A DNA stretch of 64,000 bases from an uncultured delta proteobacterium (GTDB lineage Bacteria; Desulfobacterota; Binatia; UBA9968), in contig CAVUVW010000021.1 of NCBI GenBank assembly GCA_963745035.1, positions 224,001 through 288,000 on the forward strand, written 5' to 3'. Each line of letters begins with the position of its first letter. Position 1 is the first letter of the stretch. The position numbers and the translations under genes were made by a program. The notes under the pieces were generated by a model. It worked only from the letters and a program-made list of their open reading frames with translations, did no database searches and had not been told where the DNA came from. Below, in pieces: positions 40,336 to 49,772 of the stretch.

Positions 40336-43064
40336 TTAGAGATAGTGGGGAAAGGCTTTTTCCGGATCGATGGCGAGCTTGTTGATGGCTTCTTCGACGG
40401 TTTGCGCGGGCAAAGAGCCTTTTTGATAGAGCGCATAGAGAGTCGCCAGAGCCGGTGATTTCGGCGTCGACTTCGAAGAACCGCCGCAGGTTTGCCCGGG
40501 TGTCGCTGCGGCCGAAGCCGTCCGTGCCCAAGGCTCATCAGGCCGCCCGGCACCCACGGCGCGATCTGATCGGGCACCATTTTCATGTAATCGGAAACCG
40601 CAACGAACGGACCTTCTTCGTCTTGCAGCACGGACTCGAAATAAGATTTTTTCGGCGGCGCCGTCGGATGAAGCATGTTCCAGCGTTTGGTTCGCAGCGC
40701 GTCGCCGCGCAGCAGCTTGTAGCTGGTCGCGCTCCAGACGTCGGCGGAGACATCGAACTGTTCGGCGAGAATTTCCTGTGCGCGCAAGGCTTCGCGCAAC
40801 AACGGGCCGCTGCCGAAAATATGCGCTTTGAATTTTTTCCGTTGCGCGGCCGGCTTGAGCTTGTAAAGGCCTTTGAGGATGCCCTCTTCGGCGCCTGCGG
40901 GCATCTCCGGCATCGGATAGCTCTCGTTGTAGAGCGTCAGATAATAAAAATATTCCTCGCCTTCTGCATACAAGCGCCGCAGGCCGTCTTTGATAATGAC
41001 GGCGATTTCATAGGCGAAGGCCGGGTCGTAGGTGAGCAGGGTGGGGACCGTGCTCGCCAGAAGATGGCTGTGGCCGTCCTGATGCTGCAAGCCTTCGCCG
41101 TTAAGGGTGGTGCGGCCGGCGGTGGCGCCCAGCAGAAATCCCTTGGCTTTGCTGTCGGCCGCCGCCCAGATCAGATCGCCGATGCGCTGGAAGCCGAACA
41201 TCGAATAATAGAAATAGAAGGGAATCAGGTTGAGCCCGAGGTTGGCGTAGGCCGTGCCGGCGGCGATGAAACGACGACATCGCGCCGGCCTCGGTAATGC
41301 CTTCTTCGAGAATCTGCCCGTCTTTGGCTTCGTTATAGTAGAGCAAGCGTCTCGCGATCGACCGGCTCGTAGAGCTGGCCTTTGGGCGAATAGATGCCGA
41401 TCTGGCGAAACAGCGAGTCCATGCCGAAAGTTCTCGCTTCATCGGGGATGATCGGCACGATGCGCTTGCCGATTTCCTCGTGGCGCAGCAGCTGTGATAA
41501 AAGGCGCACCGCGGCCCCGGTGGTCGAGAGCGACGTGCTCGCCCGAGCCTTTGATCGACTCGGCGTATTCGGCTGCTCTCGGGAACTTTGAGCGGCTTTG
41601 GCGCGGACCTTTCGCTCCGGAATGAAGCCGCCCAGCTGCTTGCGCCGCTGCGAGCAGGTACTGGGTCTCCGGGCTGTCGAGCGGCGGCCGATAAAAGGGC
41701 GTCTCGACGACTTCTTCATCGGGCAGCGGAATGTCGAAGCGGCTGCGAAACTCGCGCAGCTCCCGCTCGTTGAGCTTTTTCTGCTGGTGCGTGATGTTTC
41801 GGCCTTCGCCGGCTTCGCCCAAGCCATAGCCCTTGACGGTCTTGGCGAGAATCACCGTGGGCGCGCCTTTGTGTTCGACCGCGGCTTGTAGGCGGCGTAA
41901 ACTTTTTTCGGATCGTGGCCGCCGCGCAGCAGCTTGCGAATCTGGTCATCGGTCAGATGATTGACCATCTCCAAAAGCTCGGGATATTTGCCGAAAAAGT
42001 GTTTGCGCGTGTAGCTGCCGGGCTCGACCGAATATTTCTGATACTCGCCGTCGACCGCTTCTTCCATGCGCTTGAGCAGCAGGCCTTTTTCGTCGGCGGC
42101 CAGAAGCGGGTCCCAATCGGAGCCCCAGATCACTTTGATGACGTTCCATCCGGCGCCGCGGAAAAGCGCTTCGAGCTCCTGGATGATCTTGCCGTTGCCG
42201 CGCACCGGGCCGTCCAGACGCTGCAGATTGCAGTTGACGACCCAGATCAGGTTGTCGAGATTCTCCCGCGCCGCGACCGTGAGCGCCCCGGACGACTCGG
42301 GCTCGTCCATTTCGCCGTCGCCGGCGAAAGCACCAGACGCGCGGCTCCTCGCGGGCGAGCAGGCCGCGGCTTTTGAGATAGCGCATGAAACGCGCCTGAT
42401 AGATCGACATGATCGGCGCCAGGCCCATGGAAACCGTCGGGAATTGCCAGAAATCCGGCATCAAATACGGATGCGGATAGGAGGAAACGCCGCCGACCGG
42501 CGAAAGCTCCTGGCGAAAGTGATGCAGCTTGGGCGCGTTGATGCGCCACTCGACGTAGGCGCGCGAGTAGATGCCCGGCGACGCGTGGCCTTGAAAGTAG
42601 ACCATGTCGGCGTAATGATCGCCGTCGCCGCCGCGAAAAAAATGGTTGAAGCCGACTTCGTAGAGCGTCGCGGACGACGCGTAAGTCGAAATATGACCGC
42701 CGATGTCGGGATGAATGCGATTGGCCTTGACGACCATCGCCATGGCGTTCCAGCGGATGTAGCTTTTGATGCGCCGCTCGATCTCGCGATTGCCGGGATA
42801 GGGCGGCTCTTTCTCGGGCGGGATGGTGTTGATGTACGGCGTGCTCACCGTCTGCGGAACCTTGAGACCGGAGCCGCGCAGACGATTGTTCAGCTCTTCG
42901 AGAAGCAGGGAGGCCTGTTCGGACTGCTCATTTCTGAGAATGTGCTCGAGCAGATGCTCGAGGGACGCCACCCATTTGTGGCGGTCATTTTTATTTCCCT
43001 TGCCGTTTTCGCCGTCGCCGACCAGAGCAGCTCCGTCACCGGTAAGTTTTTTGTCTGTTTCCAT
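40336..43064 (-). CDS. aceE: Pyruvate dehydrogenase E1 (homodimeric), several frameshifts
   Basis: [59 protein letters not shown]. Confidence 0.92.
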
Positions 43065-43121
43065 CGCGCCTCGCTCAATTTTAACAGACAACAAAAAAGA
43101 ATTAAAATCAACTGACAACAA

Positions 43122-43835
43122 ATGAAATTTCTCGACTTGACCTTCGCGGAGCCGGCGGCCAATCTCGCCTGCGACGAGGCGCTGCTGGAAACGATGGAAG
43201 CGGACGCGCCGGGCGCGGAATGCCTGCGCGTTTGGGAGGCGAAAAATCATTTTGTCGTGCTTGGCCACTCCAATCGGATCGCCGCTCACGTCGACACTGC
43301 CGCGTGCAAGGAACGCGCAATACCGATTCTGCGCCGCGTCAGCGGCGGCGGCACGGTCGTGCAAGGTCCCGGCTGTCTCAATTACGCGCTGATTCTCGGA
43401 AACGCCGCGCGCCGCAACATCGGCGACACTTTCCGGCACGTCCTGCAGCGCCACCGCCGCGTCGTCGAAGCATTGTCGGGCAAGGCGGCGCGCTTCGACG
43501 GCATCAGCGATCTGACCGTCGATGGCTTAAAATTTTCCGGCAACGCGCAGTACCGGAAGGCGCGTTGCGCGCTCGTGCATGGGACTTTCTTGCTGAATTT
43601 CGATTTGCCGGCGCTCGAAAGGCTGCTGCCGGTGCCGGCCAAGCAGCCGGCCTATCGCGGCAATCGGCCCCATCGCATGTTCGTCACCAATTTGCATCTG
43701 GACTCGAAGGAGCTTGTCGATGCGTTGAAAGGCGCCTGGAGCGCCGACGAAGTCTTTACAGAGGTTCCCACCGCGCGGATCGAACAACTGACGCGCGAGC
43801 GCTACGGCCAGATCTGGTGGTCGGAAAAGTTTTAG
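43122..43835 (+). CDS. lplA: Lipoate-protein ligase A family
   Basis: RRVSGGGTV, KFSGNAQ, HGTFL; divergent from the PDH operon. Confidence 0.87.
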   Translation: MKFLDLTFAEPAANLACDEALLETMEADAPGAECLRVWEAKNHFVVLGHSNRIAAHVDTAACKERAIPILRRVSGGGTVVQGPGCLNYALILGNAARRNIGDTFRHVLQRHRRVVEALSGKAARFDGISDLTVDGLKFSGNAQYRKARCALVHGTFLLNFDLPALERLLPVPAKQPAYRGNRPHRMFVTNLHLDSKELVDALKGAWSADEVFTEVPTARIEQLTRERYGQIWWSEKF

Positions 43836-43852
43836 GACGCTGCGGGTTAAAG

Positions 43853-44023
43853 CATGCGCTTTTACCCGTTGTGAGAGAGCGGCAATCGCTGGCGAATGCA
43901 TCGCTGGCGAATGCTTTGGCGGAGTACACGGACAGGCTCGGCCTTGAGCGCCGTCTTAAAGTGAAAACGATTTCCGACCTGCTCAACGGCGACAGCCACC
44001 CGCAGGCCAAGACTCGCCAGTGA
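43853..44023 (+). pseudogene. 3' fragment of the TerS-like gene
   Basis: ALLPVVRERQSLAN..LAEYTDRLGLERR..KTISDLL matches the C-terminus of 44896..45423. Confidence 0.75.
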
Positions 44024-44139
44024 CCGTATTAACGGAGAAAACGCATCCTGGGCAGGTTGGGAGGGGAGCTGTAAGAAACGTTTACTTGTGGCAAAACGGA
44101 AGTCTTTCCAAGTAGATTGTCCCAGGCGGGCAACTCATA

Positions 44140-44392
44140 TACACGGAGCCGCAGGCATCGCAAACCCAGGCTTGCTTACGCAGGAGCACAAGCGAGCCGT
44201 TAGCGGCTACCAGCGGGGATTCTGAACGGTGCGCTAATCCATTATGTGCTGAAACGATCACGATCAAGCCGCAGCGCGGCAAACGCTATGCTCCGACCGC
44301 TGCCGCATGACGGCTACGCGCTCAAGCGGGCCAGGGCGTTGCTCAGGCGCCTTGGCATTATCCGTTTCCATACGCTGCTGGACGAATTATGA
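44140..44392 (+). pseudogene. Frameshifted copy of the CANPxC...CSDxC zinc-finger gene
   Basis: CANPLCAETITIKPQRGK...CSDRCRM..GYALKRA.ALL.RLGIIRFHTLLDEL* matches 45460..45699. Confidence 0.7.
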
Positions 44393-44403
44393 AAACCGCG
44401 AAT

Positions 44404-44601
44404 TTATCGTCGAATCAGCAACCAAAGAAGATGCAGAAATCCACGTCCCCAAATGCTGTTTGGACTTACCCAATAGCGGGAGTAGCAACCACGGCAGCGA
44501 AACAGGTGTGCATTTATGAGGGTGCTCAACAACCGTTCCCAGCGGCTGCGATGAGAACGCTGGATGTCATGACTGCCGCAGTGCGGGCACGAATCCAACA
44601 C
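44404..44601 (-). CDS. Small zinc-ribbon protein
   Basis: CPHCGS...RSHRSRWERLL...FRCRGC. Confidence 0.6.
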   Translation of the reverse strand: MLDSCPHCGSHDIQRSHRSRWERLLSTLINAHLFRCRGCYSRYWVSPNSIWGRGFLHLLWLLIRR

Positions 44602-44636
44602 AGTAACCGCCGACTCTATACGGGATCGAAATGCCC

Positions 44637-44750
44637 ATGACCCAAAATTGATTCACCCTATCATTTTCCTCTACAGGCTGGTCAAGAAAAACGAGTTTGG
44701 GCCGACCCTTCACGCTCATGGATCATTAACGCGAAGTCTCGCGCCTGGCC
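44637..44750 (+). pseudogene. Fragment of terminase large subunit N-terminus
   Basis: Nucleotide match to 46681 ff (ctggtcaagaaaaacgag, cccttcacgctcatggatca). Confidence 0.65.
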
Positions 44751-44836
44751 ACCCCCGAAATGCCGGATCGGGCCAAGTTGAAGAAATCGCGAGTGGCGAA
44801 AATACTTGAAAGCTAAGGATCTCTTAAAGGGAAAGT

Positions 44837-44886
44837 TGGTGGCGGTGGTAGGAGTCGAACCTGCGACGCCGCGGATATGAGCCGCG
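44837..44886 (-). repeat. Duplicated 3' 50 nt of tRNA-Met (att site)
   Basis: Matches 48278..48327 with one mismatch; similarity extends about 85 bp further (from 44753 / 48191). Confidence 0.9.
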
Positions 44887-44895
44887 AGGACTGGG

Positions 44896-45423
44896 ATGAA
44901 ACCTACTGAAAACACGGTAGGTTTTTCCTCTGGGGGCGATTCTCGGGGGCGATTAGAGCTAGAAAACCCGTCAAAACTCTCTGCTGGAGCACCGAAGGGC
45001 AACCACAATCGCACAAAGCATGGCGTCCATGCTGTAACGAGCTTGGTGAAGAAGCTCGGCACCGATCGCGCGTTAGACAAACGCACGGCGATGGGGAAGG
45101 CCTTAGAGCGCTGGCGACAGGAACTGATCAATGATCTTGGCGGAGAAGACAACATCAGCGCCCAGCAGCGCGCCATCATCGACCTCGCCGTTAAAAACAA
45201 GCTCATCCTCGACACAATTGACCGCTGGATATTCCAGCAGCCTTCGCTGATCGATAAGCGCAAGCGGGCTCTTCTCCCGGTTGTGAGAGAGCGGCAATCG
45301 CTGGCCAACGGCTTGGCAGAGTACATGGACCGGCTGGGCCTTGAGCGCCGGCATCCTGTGAAAAGCATCTCCGACCTGCTCCACGGCGATACCGAGCAGC
45401 CCCAGACCGAGACCCGCCAATGA
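44896..45423 (+). CDS. Phage terminase small subunit-like protein (start uncertain)
   Basis: GAPKGNHNRTKHG motif typical of TerS N-termini; helical; upstream of the TerL remnant. Confidence 0.55.
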   Translation: MKPTENTVGFSSGGDSRGRLELENPSKLSAGAPKGNHNRTKHGVHAVTSLVKKLGTDRALDKRTAMGKALERWRQELINDLGGEDNISAQQRAIIDLAVKNKLILDTIDRWIFQQPSLIDKRKRALLPVVRERQSLANGLAEYMDRLGLERRHPVKSISDLLHGDTEQPQTETRQ

Positions 45424-45459
45424 CCGCGTTAACGACTAGCAGCGCTGAAACTGAGGCCA

Positions 45460-45699
45460 TTGACCCAAGCCGAGCCCACAGCATGCGCCATGACTGCGTT
45501 AACGCAGTTAAACGGGCATGCTCAGAGCTGCGCTAATCCGTTCTGTAAGGCACCGGTCAACATCAAGTCACCGCGCGGCAAGCATGGGCGCTACTGCTCC
45601 GATCACTGCCGGATGGACGGCTACGCTTTGAAGCGGGCAAAGGCGCTACTCAACCGGGTTGGCGTGATCCGCTTTCACACACTGATGGACGAGGTATGA
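45460..45699 (+). CDS. Small phage-type zinc-finger protein
   Basis: CANPFC...YCSDHC. Confidence 0.65.
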   Translation: MTQAEPTACAMTALTQLNGHAQSCANPFCKAPVNIKSPRGKHGRYCSDHCRMDGYALKRAKALLNRVGVIRFHTLMDEV

Positions 45700-45700
45700 A

Positions 45701-45778
45701 TCACGCCTGATCTATCAACCACACTATGACGAGCACTAGGACGACTACAACGATAACAACGAGCCCGAACTCGGACAT
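45701..45778 (-). CDS. 25-aa single-TM peptide MSEFGLVVIVVVVLVLVIVWLIDQA
   Basis: ATG..TGA on the minus strand with AGGGA upstream; below the ORF-track cutoff. Confidence 0.5.
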   Translation of the reverse strand: MSEFGLVVIVVVVLVLVIVWLIDQA

Positions 45779-45857
45779 ACCTGTTCCCTATCGTATCTTT
45801 TGGCCGACGTGCAGCAAGGGCTTTTGACCATGACCAAAATCATTCACCCGATCACGT

Positions 45858-46145
45858 TCACGAGATCGGCAATTCTCCGACCTCTCGCAGTGTAATACGT
45901 GGTTGCATAGCAATCTGGATGAGTACTCTGCGGTGGAGAGATTGGTCAATGGTCAGGGTGATCCTGTACTCCTCGCGTTCGCGGTTAAGGAGATCAAGGA
46001 CAATAGCGCGAGGGCCCACCGACCGCCCGTCTGTGACAGCGTCGTCGAGGCATGCAGGTGGCGGCATCTTTACTCGCCCGCTTATATCGACTTTCCCGAG
46101 CGTCACGATCGGCGGCCAACGGGTCTCGCATTCTCTGACCCGCAT
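45858..46145 (-). CDS. Hypothetical protein, possible distant WPP-family paralog
   Basis: N-terminal RWPPI and C-terminal ITLREVGELPIS echo WPPV and SIQEIGDLDVS. Confidence 0.55.
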   Translation of the reverse strand: MRVRECETRWPPIVTLGKVDISGRVKMPPPACLDDAVTDGRSVGPRAIVLDLLNREREEYRITLTIDQSLHRRVLIQIAMQPRITLREVGELPIS

Positions 46146-46314
46146 ACTTCACGGCTACCAAATGAGAAGAACGAGGCTAGGCCCCTTGCAAAATTAAATC
46201 TCGGTAATGGTAACGAAGTTGGCCTTGCCGGCGCTGTTCACGGCAAGATCAAGACGAGCGCAGAGCAAAAAGGCATTCCGCTATGAGCAAGCACCAAGCG
46301 GGAAAGCGAGCTGA

Positions 46315-46626
46315 CTAGAGCAGGTGCGACACATCCAAATCGCCGATTTCTTGGATGGACAGGCCGACTTGTGCCTGCAAGACAGCATAAATCTGGTAGC
46401 AGAACTGGGGATCATCGAACTGCATCGAACCCATGTAGCGACGGCCTTGATGTTCGATGAACAGAAAAATCTTGTTATCGAATAGTTCGTGCATCATCGC
46501 ACGTTCGAGGTTGCCAATTTCGCCGGTCGGCCTGTCGTTAGCGTCTTGGCGCGTCGTTGTCCAGACTGGTGGCCAACTTGGAAACCCACTCTTGCGGGTC
46601 ATTAGGGGATGGTCGCGGAGTTGCAC
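46315..46626 (-). CDS. Uncharacterised 103-aa WPPVW-family protein
   Basis: 69/103 identical, ungapped, to 57485..57796 (hand count). Confidence 0.85.
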   Translation of the reverse strand: MQLRDHPLMTRKSGFPSWPPVWTTTRQDANDRPTGEIGNLERAMMHELFDNKIFLFIEHQGRRYMGSMQFDDPQFCYQIYAVLQAQVGLSIQEIGDLDVSHLL

Positions 46627-46634
46627 GGCCCACT

Positions 46635-46663
46635 AAGATCGCAAAGCTCTCCTAACGTGTCAA
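46635..46663 (-). promoter_or_regulatory. sigma70-type promoter, probably leaderless
   Basis: TTGACA-17 nt-GATCTT with extended -10 TG; GTG start 8 nt downstream; no SD in that leader. Confidence 0.5.
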
Positions 46664-46680
46664 CCCGAAATCCTATTTCC

Positions 46681-47092
46681 ATGACCAAACTGATTCACCC
46701 GCTGACATTTATCGACAAGCTGGTCAAGAAAAACGAGCTGGGCCAACCCTTCACGCTCATGGATCACCAGCGGGAGATTCTCCGTCTCGCCTTTGCCTTC
46801 ATAAAGACGGCCGGCTGCCGTGGGACACGATTCTTTATTCCTGCGTCAAGAAGTCGGGAAGACGACGATGTCGACCAAGGAGACAGAGCGGTTTTTCCGG
46901 CTCACGATGGAGCATCAGAAGCGAAAGATCGATGCGTGCGTGGCGCTGAGCTTTGCTATCCTGGGAGCGATCCGCAATGGGCGACCGATGGACCCCGACA
47001 GAGCGGGCCTAGAACCATTCAAGCCGGTCTGGGGCAAGTTCGACGCGCGTCAACCTACATTCCCTGGCTACGGTGTACGGCGGATGCGGTGA
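46681..47092 (+). pseudogene. Internally deleted terminase large subunit
   Basis: FTLMDHQREIL...GRLPWDTILYSCVKKSGKTT (adenine-binding plus Walker A, across frameshifts), followed closely by C-terminal KIDACVALSFA. Confidence 0.7.
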
Positions 47093-47181
47093 AGCTTACG
47101 CCGAAGTGGAGCGCCGGCAGAAAAATGGGACAATTTCCAGGCTTGACATCCTTTGGCGCATTGGCTTAAAAATCGTTCCCT

Positions 47182-48078
47182 ATGGTTCAGGGTGCTTGGA
47201 TAGCCAAGGCATTGACCCAGCAAGCCCTCTCCCACCTGCCGGGCGGCAACCAAATCAACTACTTTCTCCAACGCCATGTCGCCCGCTCGCTGCCGCACAG
47301 CGATGCAACGTTCCTCCACCATTGCGAATTTGCCGGGCGCTACGTTTCGGCGCTGCGCAACCACACCGACACGCCGGTTGATGACGCGCATTGTCTGGAG
47401 TTCGGCGCGGGTTGGGACTGCGCGGTCGCGCTGATCCAGCGCGCGCTCAGCGTGCCCGATCAAATCTTGGTCGACATCAACGCGAAGCTTCACTACAAGC
47501 TGATAAATGAGACGCTTGCCCAGGCGCGGCGGCTTGCCGATAAGGTCGCCAAGCGCGCGCCGGGCGCCGATGTGGACAGGCTGCCTTTTACCGTCAACTG
47601 CGAGAGCGAGTTGAACGCAATGGGGATCAAGTATTGGGTCGGCGATTTGATGGAACTGGATTGGCCGCGCGGGTTTGACATGATTCACAGCACGTCGGTG
47701 CTCGAACATATTCCGGCCGACGATCTTCTCTCGCTGGTCCAGCATTGCCATGGCATGCTGCGCCCCGGCGGCTTGTTCTGCGCCGCCATCGACACCGCCG
47801 ATCATTACTCGCGCTATGACCGCTCGATTTCGCACGTCAATTTTTTGCGCTACTCGCCGTCGATTTGGCCGCTGTTCTCGCCGCCACTCCACTATCAAAA
47901 CCGCTTGCGCGTGAGTGATCACTTGAAGATCATCAAGGAAGCTGGATTCAAGATCCTGGAAGCCACGCGGAACCGCATCAGAAAGCACCCGAACATTCGC
48001 CCGCATCACAGCTTTCAGAATTACGCCATCGACGACTTGCTTTGCGGTGGCGTGTTCGTGGTCGCGCAAAAAAAGTAA
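47182..48078 (+). CDS. Class I SAM-dependent methyltransferase (island cargo)
   Basis: LEFGAGW, FDMIHSTSVLEHIP, LRPGG, DHYS, YQNRLR motifs. Confidence 0.85.
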   Translation: MVQGAWIAKALTQQALSHLPGGNQINYFLQRHVARSLPHSDATFLHHCEFAGRYVSALRNHTDTPVDDAHCLEFGAGWDCAVALIQRALSVPDQILVDINAKLHYKLINETLAQARRLADKVAKRAPGADVDRLPFTVNCESELNAMGIKYWVGDLMELDWPRGFDMIHSTSVLEHIPADDLLSLVQHCHGMLRPGGLFCAAIDTADHYSRYDRSISHVNFLRYSPSIWPLFSPPLHYQNRLRVSDHLKIIKEAGFKILEATRNRIRKHPNIRPHHSFQNYAIDDLLCGGVFVVAQKK

Positions 48079-48277
48079 ACCGCTCGCCCCGGTGGTGCCG
48101 CTGGTCTTCACCAGTCACGCCTACGGGTGTGTGTTGCTGTGCGTGAGACGCAGTTGAAAATCTTGGGGGCGATTTAATGACCGCAAAAGGCCCCGAAATG
48201 CCGGATCTGGCCAAGTTGGAGAAAATGCTCGAGTTGGCGAAAATGCTTGAAAGCTATGGATTTCTCATAGGGAAAGT

Positions 48278-48354
48278 TGGTGGCGGTGGTAGGAGTCGAA
48301 CCTACGACGCCGCGGATATGAGCCGCGTGCTCTGACCAACTGAGCTACACCGCC
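48278..48354 (-). tRNA. tRNA-Met (CAT), elongator type
   Basis: GGCGGTGTAGCTCAGTTGGTCAGAGCACGCGGCTCATATCCGCGGCGTCGTAGGTTCGACTCCTACCACCGCCACCA; 77 nt, G1-C72 paired. Confidence 0.95.
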
Positions 48355-48390
48355 GGGGAGATTAAAAATTATGCCGAGCTGGAGAGAAGA

Positions 48391-49119
48391 TCAAGCGATA
48401 AAAGCGGCGGAAGATCTCCACCTATGCTCTGCCGAAGTTCGATTGACACGCTTTTTTCCTCGGCCGATCTGGAAAAGGACTTTCTCATCTACTTCGAGGC
48501 AAGTCAACATATTGCCGTAAACCACGCCCGTGTCGAGTCCGATTTTGTACGGCAGATCATAGAACACGGTCACCTGCGGCGTATGCCCGAACAAGATCGT
48601 ATAGGGTAGTTTATGCGAGCGATAGATGAAGGCGTTCCTGATCCAGAATAGATCTTCATCGCCTTGCTCGGCCAAGGGCTTTTCCGGTTGGATTCCCGCG
48701 TGAACGCATAAATAGGGATCCGTAATATGGTACGAACGGAGCGCCTGAAAGAAACCGAGATGATCGGCCGGCATCCTGGCCAAGGCGTGCCCGGGAATCA
48801 TTTCGCCGGGTTTGATACCGTAGCTCGCCAAAGTCGCTTTGCCGCCATTGGCGACGAACATGTCGCCGTGCCGACCGCCGAGGCCGAGATAGGACAGAAA
48901 CATGTCTTCGTGATTTCCTTTGAGAAACACGAACTCAACGCTCTCATGAGCTTGTTGGAGCGCAAGCAAGTGCGAGATCACCGCGCGAGAATCCGGACCG
49001 CGGTCGATGTAATCGCCGAGAAATATTACGAGATCGCCCTGCGCAAGCGGCAGTGATTCCAGCAGGCGACTCACCTCCGCGGCGCAGCCATGAATATCCC
49101 CGATCACGTAGCGGCCCAT
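48391..49119 (-). CDS. Metallophosphoesterase (PrpA/PphA-like Ser/Thr phosphatase)
   Basis: GDIHG, GDYIDRG, KGNHE, VHAG, FGHTP, DTG motifs. Confidence 0.92.
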   Translation of the reverse strand: MGRYVIGDIHGCAAEVSRLLESLPLAQGDLVIFLGDYIDRGPDSRAVISHLLALQQAHESVEFVFLKGNHEDMFLSYLGLGGRHGDMFVANGGKATLASYGIKPGEMIPGHALARMPADHLGFFQALRSYHITDPYLCVHAGIQPEKPLAEQGDEDLFWIRNAFIYRSHKLPYTILFGHTPQVTVFYDLPYKIGLDTGVVYGNMLTCLEVDEKVLFQIGRGKKRVNRTSAEHRWRSSAAFIA

Positions 49120-49238
49120 AGAATAAGAATCCTAAGCTACTAACGGGAATGGTGCAATGAGTCGTGGTCGACTGGAAAAATTCCGGTCGGCCCGCTATGA
49201 TCGTTCCGGGAGCAAAGCCAGGTTGCCAAGAGGCAGCA

Positions 49239-49637
49239 ATGAAGCCGCGCGAAGTATATTCCAGTTGGTTGATGATTTCGGGGGTGGTCTGTTTGTTGAT
49301 GGGCATCGGCAACTGGACGGTCGGGGCGATCGAGACCTCCAAATATCAAGCCCTGCTGTATAAGACAGCGCGCACCGGTTTGGAAGAAAACTACCGAAAG
49401 TTTCAAGAACTTGACCACCAGAAAAATGAAGAAGTGCTCCGGCGCATCAACGAGGACCGGGAAAAATTCAACGGCGCCAGAGTGAAGCTGAACTTTTTCT
49501 ACGTCGTATTAACCGGTGGGCGGGTGCTGTTTTTTCTCGGCGCCGCGGTGTCTTTGATCGCCTTGGTCCGATTGATCCGGCGCGATGCGCTGATCAAGAT
49601 CAAGCGTCTGACCCAATCGGAAGAGCCCGCGAGTTAA
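49239..49637 (+). CDS. Hypothetical 2-TM membrane protein
   Basis: GAGG RBS; two hydrophobic segments flanking a helical loop. Confidence 0.65.
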   Translation: MKPREVYSSWLMISGVVCLLMGIGNWTVGAIETSKYQALLYKTARTGLEENYRKFQELDHQKNEEVLRRINEDREKFNGARVKLNFFYVVLTGGRVLFFLGAAVSLIALVRLIRRDALIKIKRLTQSEEPAS

Positions 49638-49772
49638 CTTTCTTCCTGGAATTTTTCGCCTTTTGATTTCAACCGATCCCACTAAACTCGCGCGGAAATT
49701 ATGGCACGATCAGGAAATCGTCTGCGCGACGATTTTTAGAACCCCATGTTTGAAAGTGAACTCGCGGGAGAG

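Larger units (their letters stand above)
43853..44836. mobile_element. Decayed second (tandem) copy of the tRNA-Met element
   Basis: Degenerate copies of the unit-1 genes in the same order (3' end of TerS-like gene, Zn-finger gene, TerL start), ending in a diverged copy of the unit-1 end sequence. Confidence 0.7.
44837..48327. mobile_element. Integrase-less, phage-derived mini-island integrated at tRNA-Met
   Basis: att direct repeats; GGGGGCGATT motifs near both ends; terminase remnants; small cargo genes; visibly lower GC than flanks. Confidence 0.8.

Noticed and set aside
44837-44886. Second tRNA-Met gene
   Set aside because: Only the 3' 50 nt are present, with no D-arm or 5' acceptor strand; it is an att duplication
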